From positions 1 to 64,000 of the forward strand of contig JALMLS010000578.1 in the NCBI GenBank assembly GCA_038496445.1: DNA of 64,000 nucleotides, read 5' to 3'. Position numbers and translations under genes: made by a program. The number at the start of each line of letters is the position of its first letter. Positions within the stretch are counted from its first letter, which is position 1. Positions 1 to 12,803 of this stretch are shown here, piece after piece. A model generated the notes under the pieces. That model saw only the letters and a list, made by a program, of their open reading frames with translations. It searched no databases and had not been told where the DNA came from. This DNA comes from Trichosphaerium sp. ATCC 40318. Taxonomy: Eukaryota > Protista > Tubulinea.

Positions 1-309
1 TTTTCCAGAATGGGAACATTTTCTTTGTGCAGGCACCAACAGGATACCTAACTTTGATGATAAAGTCTTGGTTCCCGTGATAAATCAAAGTAAATATGAC
101 TCAGATGGCTAACATATAGTTGGAAGAGATAGAACTGTAGTACCCTTCTTGAACGTTTACAATCTTCATTGGCTCCATACTTTAACATGTGAAACTTATC
201 ACATAACTAATGATAAGAATCTTATAGTTAGTAATGAACCATTCCAAGGCAAAGATAATAGAAATTTTTGTTGGAACTTTATTGAACAACTGCCAAAACA
301 CTTTTTTGC

Positions 310-1100
310 TTACAAATAGATTATACCTAAGTCAAGCGCACCAAACTCAGATCGTCTGTTGTTTTCCATGTAGATGGTATGTACACCTAGAAGTGCCTTT
401 AACCCTACTTCTGTTATTGATTTACAATGCATCAAGGAGATAGTATGTACACCTGCCAAAGCCACAATGCCTTCATCTGTTACACTTGTAAATGACAAAG
501 AAATCTCATGTACACCTGCCAACGCCACAATGCCATTGTCTGTTATTGATTTACAAGCATACAAGTCGATAGAGTGTACACCTGCCAATGCCTTCAAACC
601 TTCATCTGTTACATTGGTAAAAGATATATCAATCTTATGTACACCTGCCAATGCCCTGATGCCATTATCTGTTATTGTTTTACAATTAGATATGTAGATA
701 GTATGTACACCTGCCAACAATCTGATTGCTTTATCTGTTAGTATTGATCCTTGAACGTTGATTATTGTATTTTGGAGTAATGGACTACCAGAGAGCATCT
801 GAATCTCTGTTACATTTTTTATTCTGATATGACCATATCCAACGTGGTTGTGAACAATATCCCGCAAAAAATGACTTGTTTGGCTGCACGGAGTTGTAAG
901 GTCCTGGAGAGATACGTTTATACGAGATTGAATTAAAAAGTTATTTATTAAGTTTTATATACAGGTTAAGTCATTATCATCAGTCTGGAGCGTTACAGGA
1001 GTGTATGTGGCCCTTGTTTGAGAATATGGACTATTATTTCAATTGGTAGCCTAACAAGGTCGAATACTTGGTCTGTATGTTGTTGTATTTTCTTTTTCAT
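310..1100 (-). pseudogene. F-box-LRR gene interrupted by a solo LTR (disrupted, or possibly rescued by splicing)
   Basis: ATG at 1100 reads MKKKIQQHTDQVFDLVRLPIEIIVHILK (F-box start) up to the LTR at 997. LRR units ALAGVHxIxL..ITDxG follow in 310-867. Removing the LTR plus one TSD still leaves a 1-nt frame offset. Confidence 0.8.
895..997 (-). mobile_element. 103-bp solo LTR, copy 1
   Basis: TGTAA...TTACA termini; 5-bp TSD GGAGT (890-894 and 998-1002); exact reverse complement of 3080-3182. Confidence 0.9.
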
Positions 1101-3079
1101 TTTATGGTCAGAGTGTTAGTTAATTCGTCTAACAATGGCAGCGTTAGTTTTAGACGTCTAAGAAATGTTATAAATTGATTACGAACGAGTAGTATATTGC
1201 CAGAGAAAGGTAATTTATTAAGCTAACAAGGGTGCCTTATTGACTTGGTCATCGTCCTTAATATCGATACTGTTGTCAGTTGCCTTTTTTTAGTTGTGTT
1301 TGACGTTATCTTCGCTATCCTTTAATAGATGTTTGTAGCCACCCTCTGAGAAATGGAAATCTAGCTCACTTGTTTATGGTTTTTTATTGCTATCCTGGCA
1401 GTAACTGTGTCGGTTTTCATTAAAACTGAGACATATTCAATTGAACGAAGACTTGTTTTGCTGAATGCGACTGGTGGTACAAAATATACTTATGCAATAT
1501 CATCCGCAAGCTTCCTTGCTAAGAAAACCATTGTGAAGTCAATCTCATAGATGTATTGTTGTTTTTCAGGTGGCGCTGACAACATTACTCGGTACATATT
1601 CCTTCATAGCCAAGAATATATTGAGAAAAGTGACAAAAGTGTGCTGAAAGTTATAAAATGGTTTGGAGGGAGGCAGAATGGACATTCGAATTAAAGTAGC
1701 TTTGGCCTTTGTAACTCCATCCAAATATTTGATGAGTACATTGTCAACATATTTTGGTTTGATGTACACGTGTTTCTTTGAGAGATCAAGAACGCTTTGT
1801 GCACTTTTTTCTCACATGCTTTAATACACAAGTTATCAATTGTGTGGATTGGTTGACAACGGTGTTTCGGTCTTCTACATACACACAGCTTCTTGATACC
1901 ACACCCATCGGTGTTGTCACATGTGATAAAACGACGTAGTGAGGAAGGAACTTTTTGTTTTGGTGTTGCTGGTCTGACATGATACAACTTGGATTACCTT
2001 TGATGGATACAAGAAGTGTTCCTATTGGAGGTATTCGCCTCTCATACCGATATAGTAAAGTATTTGAAGAGTGAACTTCAAAAGCGCTGACATAATAAAC
2101 ACCTAAACAATAGAAAATTAGTCTCAGTTCTTAGCTGCATAAAAAGAAACGTTGATCTCGATTACATACCTTTATTATTATCGTTTTTCGCTATCTCGAA
2201 TTACACCTTCCTCAACTTTGACTGAGTTACTGTCACCACCAGGTTGAGGCCATACGAGTGTAAACTTTGTCTCTTTGCAGATTGAAAATTGGAGCTAACA
2301 AGTAAACTGAGGTACTGAACACTCACATAGTGTTGAATGCTTTGTACCGTACCTTATGTTCGCACAAGAACAAGTCATTGTACAGTTGGAGAAGCTTACT
2401 ATTGGTACGTTCCATAATCTTCCGGTTGCTTGTTGTACGTAACCGCTCGTTATTTACAGCAACAATCATTTTACTCGTTGAATGCTAACAGAGTCGATTA
2501 CTTTGATTTTTTTTTGTACAATGTTACAACCGAGTATGTATCTTCAAAGAATCAACTTCAGTATACTCAGTAACTCAACTAATTGCTAATAAAAGTGTTT
2601 GGCTACTGATATACAGGCTTGTCATTTTGATAAACTGTTTGTACAGGTGTATATAGTGGTCCTACACTCTTTGTATTCCTTCAAGTTGTTAAAATACTTT
2701 TTTCAAAGGGTACTTACTCCCTTGGATTTTTGTTGGTCCAAACGGTCCGCTGTCACAAAATCTCAGAACCCCGCCATCTATTGACCTAATCACTGTGCAC
2801 ACAAGGTGGCTGTACACTGTTGTGCCAGGTTTGAATAGCCCACCTTTTTTTTTTTTTCATAGGCCTAAAATAGTTAGAAACTATTATTTCGCGTAAGTAA
2901 TGTACTTGATACATTTCTCTACGCGCGCAAAGTGGCAAAAAGAGGTTTGGGTGAAAGTGTCTGAAAGTATCTAACATCACGTGATTTCGTACCAAGTGTC
3001 AAAATAACATAACAACAGGCACATTTTGACACAAAAAAAGTAGCAGTTAGGCGAGGGTGACCAAGTTTTACCACTAACG

Positions 3080-3182
3080 TGTAACGCTCCAGACTGATGA
3101 TAATGACTTAACCTGTATATAAAACTTAATAAATAACTTTTTAATTCAATCTCGTATAAACGTATCTCTCCAGGACCTTACA
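3080..3182 (+). mobile_element. 103-bp solo LTR, copy 2
   Basis: TGTAACG...CCTTACA; 5-bp TSD TAACG (3075-3079 and 3183-3187); internal TATATAAA followed by AATAAA. Confidence 0.9.
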
Positions 3183-3273
3183 TAACGTAGTTTGTTAATA
3201 AGCGCTGATAGAGGGCTTTCAACCACTTTGTAGAACTTTTAATTTTAAGTTGTTTTAGACTGATATCTTGAAA

Positions 3274-3337
3274 CCGGTCCGGTATCGTACCAGTATTTGC
3301 GCTTAACTTGTACTCGTACCTTAATAACTGATCCTTT
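3274..3337. repeat. 64-bp dispersed repeat, copy upstream of an F-box-LRR gene
   Basis: Identical to 7965-8028 (CCGGTCCGGTATCGTACC...AACTGATCCTTT). Confidence 0.9.
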
Positions 3338-3429
3338 CGCACATACCGCCTCCATTCTAGATATTGGCGTATAAAAGTACATCTTAACCATTAGAGACGT
3401 CCTTAATACCATCACAAAGACGATATACA

Positions 3430-4440
3430 ATGCTTCCTATTTCAACGTGTTTTAAAATCAACAACAACGCACATGATAATTTGTTGCAGCTACCTACGGA
3501 GATATTAGCGCATATTTTGCTTCAAACAACCACATCACGATTTGCAGCTTGTCAAACATGTCGCTTATTTGCTTCTATCGTTCACGACATTATCGGATAC
3601 CACGCTATCAGGGTTCAAACTATAAACCAAGTAGAATCAGTTGTAAAACATCGTGGGATTCTGAAAAATACCAACATAGACCTTAGCTTGCGTGGTTTTG
3701 ACGATACCAGCATTACACAATTTGCTGGAGTTCATACTATTTACCTCAATTGTACTAAAGTAACTGACGAAGGCGTTAAAGCACTTGCTGGCGTTCATAC
3801 TATTTACCTTGCCAATACTGCAGTAACTGACAAAGGCGTTAAAGCACTTGCTGGAGTTCATACTATTTACCTCAATTGTACTAAAGTAACTGACGAAGGC
3901 GTTAAAGCACTTGCTGGAGTTCATACTATTTACCTTAATTATACTTCAATAACAGATGAAGGTGTAAAAGCACTTGTTGGAGTTCATACTATTGGCCTTA
4001 ATAGCACTTTGATAACTGATAAAGGCATTAAAGCACTTGCTGGAGTTCATACTATTATCCTTAGTCATACTTCAGTAACTGATGAAGGTGTAACAGCACT
4101 TGCTGGAGTTCATACTATTGACCTTTATAACACTTCAGTAACAGATGAAGGTGTAAAAGCGCTTGCAGGTGTTCATTTTATTACCCTTAGTCATACTTCA
4201 ATAACAGATGAAGGCGTAAAAGCACTTGCAGGAGTTCATACTATTTACCTTACTAGCACTTGGGTAACTGACGAAGGCATTAAAGCACTTGCTGGAGTTC
4301 ATACTATTAACCTTAATTATACTTCAATAACAGATGAAGGTGTAAAAGCACTTGTTGGAGTTCATACTATTGGCCTTAATAGCACTTTGGTAACTGACAA
4401 AGGCATTAAAGCACTTGCTGGAGCTCATACTATTATGTAA
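3430..4440 (+). CDS. F-box + LRR protein (about 11 repeats of 23 aa), C-terminus cut by a deletion within the array
   Basis: LLQLPTEILAHILL...ACQTCRLF F-box; 69-nt repeats. An out-of-frame remnant ALTGVHTITLSHTSVTDEGIKALKGTRVWT* runs on to 4535. Confidence 0.9.
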   Translation: MLPISTCFKINNNAHDNLLQLPTEILAHILLQTTTSRFAACQTCRLFASIVHDIIGYHAIRVQTINQVESVVKHRGILKNTNIDLSLRGFDDTSITQFAGVHTIYLNCTKVTDEGVKALAGVHTIYLANTAVTDKGVKALAGVHTIYLNCTKVTDEGVKALAGVHTIYLNYTSITDEGVKALVGVHTIGLNSTLITDKGIKALAGVHTIILSHTSVTDEGVTALAGVHTIDLYNTSVTDEGVKALAGVHFITLSHTSITDEGVKALAGVHTIYLTSTWVTDEGIKALAGVHTINLNYTSITDEGVKALVGVHTIGLNSTLVTDKGIKALAGAHTIM

Positions 4441-5821
4441 AAGCACTTACAGGAGTTCATACTATTACCCTTAGTCATACTTCAGTAACTGATGAAGGAA
4501 TTAAAGCTTTAAAAGGAACTCGTGTATGGACATAATTCCAATGAAGTCGCAGTAGATTGAACAAAGGCAAGTAGTAACCAATCAAAAAACTCCTGCACCT
4601 ACAATCCTTTTTCTTTTGTGTAAGAATTCAGTTTTTGTTACTTTTTTGTTCAACATTGCATGAGTGTACCAAAATGTAGAATAAATCTGCTTGTGGTTAC
4701 ACTAGATCCACTGAAGACAGAGCGCCTTTGTCAAAGAGCAACCCCTTTGATTATATTGTCAATATTGGCCCAATCATAAATAATGTTATGTTGTTTATTG
4801 GTACAAGGCTTATCAGCATTAAGTTACAAGTTAGTTTGCGGTTCCGAAGTTTTGGCTTGCACGTAAGTCGCTGTAGTATGAGACTTAGTGCATGCTGATC
4901 CTCTGGTACAATGGATGCGACGCAGGGATTTACCTTTACATGGCGTCCCGGCAAACTTGGACCAAAGGTTTGACAAAAATCAATACGGGCGGAAATCCAG
5001 GAAACAAAACCGCCTCGCCTGTAGGCTACTTTATCTTCATTATACTGGAGGAGTCCCCAGATAATATTTGCTAGACTAAGTTAACCCTGGTACTTGTTTA
5101 GCAGGCCGCGAATGAGGCAATAAAGCGAACCAGTACTGATTACTTTTCATGTGAAGGGATCTCAGGTGCACAGATTAATTCTACAGAGTTGCACTCTGTA
5201 AGTAATGTTTTATTCTTATAATCTTTACAGGTACTAATGCTGGGGGCGAAACCAGTTACTTCAGCGTCCTCAGTAAAGCGATCATAGTGCTAGTGAACAT
5301 GAGAGTTAAGAGCAGTGGCGATTGCTTTGTGTAACTGAAACATGCCGTTTGGTGTGTTCCTGAGAAAGTAATTCTTGCCTCGAATAATATCTATCACAGA
5401 ACAAGGTACGAAATTACTTGCATCAAACTCACCATCTAGAAGAAAACAGTAAAAAAGGGCGGAACTTAAAAAAAATATCACGTGAGGAAAACGTGTTTAA
5501 ATTCCTTTTATCTTGTTCTTAGGAACCACTTACACAATTTACCAGGCTTTGAATTGTATACTCAAAACACTTGCCGTATTTTCGACGGCTCTCTATATCT
5601 TAATTCTCGCGTTACAATCTTGTTTGTTGATTTTCTTAGCCTAAAAAATACAGGTAATGTCCCCTTTAGCTTTGGATACCACAAACTGTTACAAGCATTG
5701 CATCCAATTGAGTGTAAACAGAATTGTGAAAAAAGCAAGTTTTTTAATGTTTTTGGATGCTGAATCATAAGAGAAAGCAATTTTGTATGATAACTAAATA
5801 ACGTTACTTACTCAGCCAAAA

Positions 5822-5899
5822 AACTTGACAAATCAAGTTGTTAAAACAGGAGAATTGTACATGAAGGAACATCCCGGTGTTTATTTACCAATTTATGAT
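5822..5899 (+). pseudogene. Fragment of the F-box-SUKH-like gene family
   Basis: QVVKTGELYMKEHPGVYLPIYD matches 36281-36358 (QVVKKGEMYMKEHPGIYLPIYD). Confidence 0.75.
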
Positions 5900-6094
5900 T
5901 CTTGCGGGACTTGTTAACCCCTAAGAAACCAGACAGTATATTTCATAGCATTATCATGTGTCCCACAAGTCGCATACTAAGGAGGTAAGAAAATTATGCG
6001 AATTAGTTTAACAATGTTTGAGGCTACAGTGAGGTACAGGCCTATTTTATGATACAAAACGCTGCAGGTGGCATAGAGCAAAACCGAAAAAAAA

Positions 6095-6170
6095 ATGTGG
6101 GATAGAACCATACCTGTAGCCCTTGTTCAATGGTGATGCGGATAGTTGTGACTGATTTGAATTCGCTTTC
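6095..6170 (+). repeat. Diverged copy of a dispersed repeat
   Basis: GATAGAAC(C)ATACCTGTAGCCCT...GATAGTTGTGACT is shared with 21170-21535 (-) and 35300-35560 (+). Confidence 0.75.
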
Positions 6171-6456
6171 AGTAAAGTACAGTGTACAATAAAACATACT
6201 GCACAATGAATCTATGTAAGAATATCTTCATGGCCCTTGAAAGATACTTTATTTAATGTGTACACATATAATAGATACATGGATCAAGGCTCACATAACT
6301 CTTTGTACAAGAAAAATTTAGCACGTGCCAGAATAAGAAAAAATGAAAACAAAACACATCTCTTTGCTATTAATTTGATCATTAACAGTAGTAACAAAGG
6401 CGAAGGAGAAATGTGAAGTTGCTTTTTGCATAGCTTTGTTATTACACAATAACTTT

Positions 6457-7030
6457 CTAGTACAGTTTTACACCCATTTTCCTTAGCGCTTGATATATTG
6501 GTTCTTCGATGAAATAACAAAAAGGTACTGCCAAATACCAAAATGGAATGACAAGAAAAGGAAAACCAGCAAAACAAAAAATTGCAAGTGCAAAAGGGAG
6601 AAAAATCATGTAAATACTAACATACACCAATCCTGACATTGAGAAGAAAGGTACCATAATAGCCAATAGTCCCATTGGTATTCCAACATAAAGATATGTA
6701 ATATCACTGCGCACGCTCTAAATAACTTAGTAAGAAAAACATGTACGATGCTTTTTCTAGAAAGCAAAACAAACAACACAAACTTACGTTGCCCAAATTA
6801 AACCCAATAAAGTAGAAAACGATCCCTTGTTCATAAGCAAACAATAAAATCATGTGGTACAAAGAAAATCTATTGGTTGGAAGATCACTATCAACAATAA
6901 GCCTAAAAAAAAAAACCACGTGTTAAAGAACGACATTCATAAAACAACAGTACCATAATGCTACATTTAGCAATCCAAATATTATCCCTGCAATTAAACC
7001 TCTTATAACGCTGCTAGTTTGAATATTCAT
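6457..7030 (-). CDS. Small multi-pass membrane protein of unknown function (3 exons)
   Basis: MNIQTSSVIRGLIAGIIFGLLNVALW|LIVDSD...FNLGN|SVRSDITYLY...KMGVKLY* via two GT-AG introns; several hydrophobic segments. Confidence 0.7.
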
Positions 7031-7523
7031 TTTTGTCCCTGGATTAGTTGTCTATTCTTTGTCCTTATGCGTAGATGGTTGTGCTTTCACCTGTTTCAAA
7101 TCGTTATTTTTATGCTGACGTTGACACTTCTTAAAACCATTCAAAGAACTCAATGCTGATGTGGCGTTACATCTTTTCCAAAAAGTGACGCACCTGTCAT
7201 GTGAACATGTATCGATGACCACTAGTGCCAAACAATGCTGCATTACCTATCTCTTTTGCACAAAGAAATAAATAAGTGCTAAAATGGCTAGTTCAAACTT
7301 TAGTTTATACTTCATACAATGTACAGCTCTGTCTATTTACGCACAGGTGTAGTATAATAGGAGCACAAACAATAGCATTAAATTGTCACTCTGTATGTTT
7401 CCCAAACGTGTAACAGATGAGGTAGCAAGTGCTGGATGGTGCAAATGCTCATGAAACTTACAGAAACAATCACAAAGATGATTATTTTTTCATGTAAAAA
7501 CAAATACACGATGAAAAACCTAA

Positions 7524-8168
7524 TCATTTGCCATTGACATAACTTTGTACCATTCGTAATTGGCCACCTTTATACCACTCCCTGTACTCTCCTTCTCGTT
7601 GACCATTGACAAAATGACACTGTTTCTTTAATTGACCATTGTTATACCAAAACTTAAACTCTCCTTCTCGTTGACCATTTATAATATAATACTGCTCCTT
7701 TAATTGTCCATTTCTGTACCAATACTTGAACTCTCCTTCTCGTTTGTCATTAAAATAGCAGTACTGCTCACGTAGTTGGCCATTCTTATACCAGTACTTG
7801 TACTCTCCGTCCTGTTTGCCATGTTTCCAATGAATTTGACAAATTAGCTTGTTACCTTTCCTCTGTTGCCATTTTCCATGCTTTTTTAGCTCACCATCAT
7901 ACCTTGTTGCCATCGCTGCAAGTTTTGAAAGAAGTGGGTACTCATTGTACGAAAAAACGTGGGTCCGGTCCGGTATCGTACCAGTATTTGCGCTTAACTT
8001 GTACTCGTACCTTAATAACTGATCCTTTTTCGAAAAATTCGGAAAAAACGTTGGTCCGATTTCATAAGTTTCGGCATTGTTTAAGGTCATAGCAAAGTCC
8101 TGTGCACGAATCTGCATCACCCACTGGACCGTATTTTCATACAGCACAAAGCTAGGATTGAACTGCAT
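7524..8168 (-). CDS. MORN-variant (MORN_2/YwqK-like) repeat protein with chimeric N-terminus; F-box-like segment lost
   Basis: GEYKYWYKNGQLREQY-type 23-aa repeats. The repeat region is almost identical to 17362-17892 but the N-terminus differs. Confidence 0.75.
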   Translation of the reverse strand: MQFNPSFVLYENTVQWVMQIRAQDFAMTLNNAETYEIGPTFFPNFSKKDQLLRYEYKLSANTGTIPDRTHVFSYNEYPLLSKLAAMATRYDGELKKHGKWQQRKGNKLICQIHWKHGKQDGEYKYWYKNGQLREQYCYFNDKREGEFKYWYRNGQLKEQYYIINGQREGEFKFWYNNGQLKKQCHFVNGQREGEYREWYKGGQLRMVQSYVNGK

Positions 8169-8542
8169 TTGTTTATTAGCTTATGGTACTCACGTGCCAA
8201 TATTAATCATTCTCAAATGATAAATGGAGCAGTACAATGTTACCATCAACAAGGTGACTGTAATGAGCAAGATTAATCGGATGAACACCCTTCAACTTTT
8301 TATACCCTCATCTGTAGTTGTCTATAACGTAAATTGGTACAAGTATTTTTACTTGTATTTTACCATAGTAACCATCCAGAAGAATGCAAACAAGCTACGG
8401 CAGAGCAAAGCAAACTATTCACAGTTACAGCTTAGTTAGGTTCTCTGCAGTTTTGCTATGTTAACATTTTATTAGTTACTCTCAATTAACAGGTGTCCAC
8501 AAACATGACATGACATAATTAATAACATATGCAAGCTTGTAG

Positions 8543-9796
8543 CTACATAATTACATGAACACCAATAAAGCTCTTATCTATGTTATGTACACCAGAAATA
8601 TTAATCGGCCGACCACCAGCTAAAGCCTTAATACCTTCATCTGAAACTTTCGTATGATGTAGAGTAATCATATGAACACCAACCAGTGCCTTCATACTTT
8701 CGTCTCCTATGTTTTTGCAAGCGCTAATATTAATTGTATGAACACCAGCCAACGCCTTTAAACCATCATCTGTCACTGATGTGTAGCTTAAATTAATTGT
8801 GTGAACTCCAGATAGTGCCATAATGCCTTTGTCTGTTACTTTAGTGTTGCTAATATCAATTGTGTGAACACCAGACAACGCCATGATACTTTCATCTGTA
8901 ATGTTGGCTGCCCATCTTAGATTAATCTTATGAACACCAGCCAACGTTTTGACACCTTCATCTGTTACGCATGTATTAGAAAGATCAATTGTATGAACTC
9001 CAGCCAACGCCTTTAAACCATCATCTGTCACTGATGTGTAGCTTAAATTAATTGTGTGAACTCCAGATAGTGCCATAATGCCTTTATCTGTTACTTTAGT
9101 GTCATGGCTAATATCAATTGTATGGACACCAGACAATGCCAGGATACTTTCATCTGTAATGTTTACGTACTGTAGACTAATCTCATAAACACCTGACAGT
9201 GCTTTGACAGCTTCTTCTGTTACATACGTATCAGAAAGATTAATTCTATGAACACCTGCAAGTGCTTTTACACCTTCAGTTCGTATGTATTTGCAATAGC
9301 ACAAATTAATTGTGTGCACACCAGAAAGTGCCTTAACTCCCTCATCTGAAACGTTAGTGCCACTAAGTATAATTTTATGTACTCCTGTCAGTTGTTTAAG
9401 ATGATCATCAGTTACAGAAGTATAGCTAAGGTCTAGACTTCTTATAGCTTTAAAGTCAGTAAAATCGATTTTTTTTGAAATCTTCTTCAGTTTGAGGGTA
9501 AAAACGTCCTGTACGAACTCAAGGTATTTTTGTTTCATACTGAAGAGGATACTAATATTACTTGTTTGAAGAACACGTGGTGATTTTCTGAACAGTTTTT
9601 TAAGCTGTTTAGTTGTTTTTATTTCAATGTCTTTCCGGTTGTATTCCAAGTGATGTAAAGCTATCTTACCCATTATTTTACACGTACACACCATTGGCCT
9701 CATAGATTCCGTTGAAACGAACCGGAGTATATGAACGATAACTTCGACAGGAACCTCACCAAAGAATGCAGTCGTGTTGTCCATTGTAGTTGTCAT
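8543..9796 (-). CDS. F-box + LRR protein
   Basis: EVPVEVIVHILRFV...MVCTCK F-box followed by ALSGVHTIxLxxTxVTD repeats; contains an internal three-repeat block duplication. Confidence 0.9.
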   Translation of the reverse strand: MTTTMDNTTAFFGEVPVEVIVHILRFVSTESMRPMVCTCKIMGKIALHHLEYNRKDIEIKTTKQLKKLFRKSPRVLQTSNISILFSMKQKYLEFVQDVFTLKLKKISKKIDFTDFKAIRSLDLSYTSVTDDHLKQLTGVHKIILSGTNVSDEGVKALSGVHTINLCYCKYIRTEGVKALAGVHRINLSDTYVTEEAVKALSGVYEISLQYVNITDESILALSGVHTIDISHDTKVTDKGIMALSGVHTINLSYTSVTDDGLKALAGVHTIDLSNTCVTDEGVKTLAGVHKINLRWAANITDESIMALSGVHTIDISNTKVTDKGIMALSGVHTINLSYTSVTDDGLKALAGVHTINISACKNIGDESMKALVGVHMITLHHTKVSDEGIKALAGGRPINISGVHNIDKSFIGVHVIM

Positions 9797-10128
9797 AGTT
9801 TATTACAGAAAGTACTTGACCAAATTCAAAAAAAAAAAGTCACAATTTCAAACGTCTTTCTCATAATCGTTTAGTATACGCGACGCAAGTACAAAGGCGT
9901 TAAAAAAACTAAATACGTACGAAATTGAAAAAGAAATGCGTGAGGACATCTACAAAGTACGTTTTGACGACTGACTCAAACGTACAGAAGACATCACGTG
10001 TAAATATACGTAAACTTCTGTTGAGTTATTCAAAAAAAAACTAAATAAGTACGAGAGGTTGATTTAAAAGTGGTGGTTTTTTTTTATTTCTTGTTTGTTG
10101 TACATATACATGAATGAGAAATAAGCAC

Positions 10129-12649
<2,521 letters not shown>

Positions 12650-12803
12650 TATTTGTACAGAAACGAGTTGTTTGAACTATACGGTGGCCTGAAAACTAGT
12701 TATTATTTTCGCCTCTGAGCAACCAGCGTTGACTGTGTGAAAGTTGTACCGCTTTGCCTGGTGTGCCTTCATAAGGCGTATCAGCGCTTGTCTACATTGT
12801 ATA

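Larger units (their letters stand above)
6432..8494. repeat. Segmental duplication, copy A (inverted relative to 16908-19003)
   Basis: Near-identical reverse-complement alignment across a membrane gene, a MORN gene and an LRR remnant. Confidence 0.95.

Noticed and set aside
1300-2480. Cys-rich and other ORF fragments between the LTRs, and similar fragments at 4750-5780 and 26600-27360
   Set aside because: Multiple stops and frameshifts and no family I can recognise; probably decayed sequence.
895-3182. One 2.3-kb DNA transposon with 103-bp TIRs
   Set aside because: There is no TSD around the whole span, each repeat has its own 5-bp TSD, and no transposase is recognisable inside.
3720-4500. 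CRISPR-like array (constant repeat plus variable spacer), also at 24700-25960
   Set aside because: The units are 69-72-nt in-frame LRR codons within ORFs, the context is eukaryotic, and there are no cas genes.
7961-8030. tRNA or tRNA-derived SINE in the 64-bp repeat
   Set aside because: There is a T-arm-like hairpin, but no TTC in the loop, no anticodon arm and no convincing cloverleaf.
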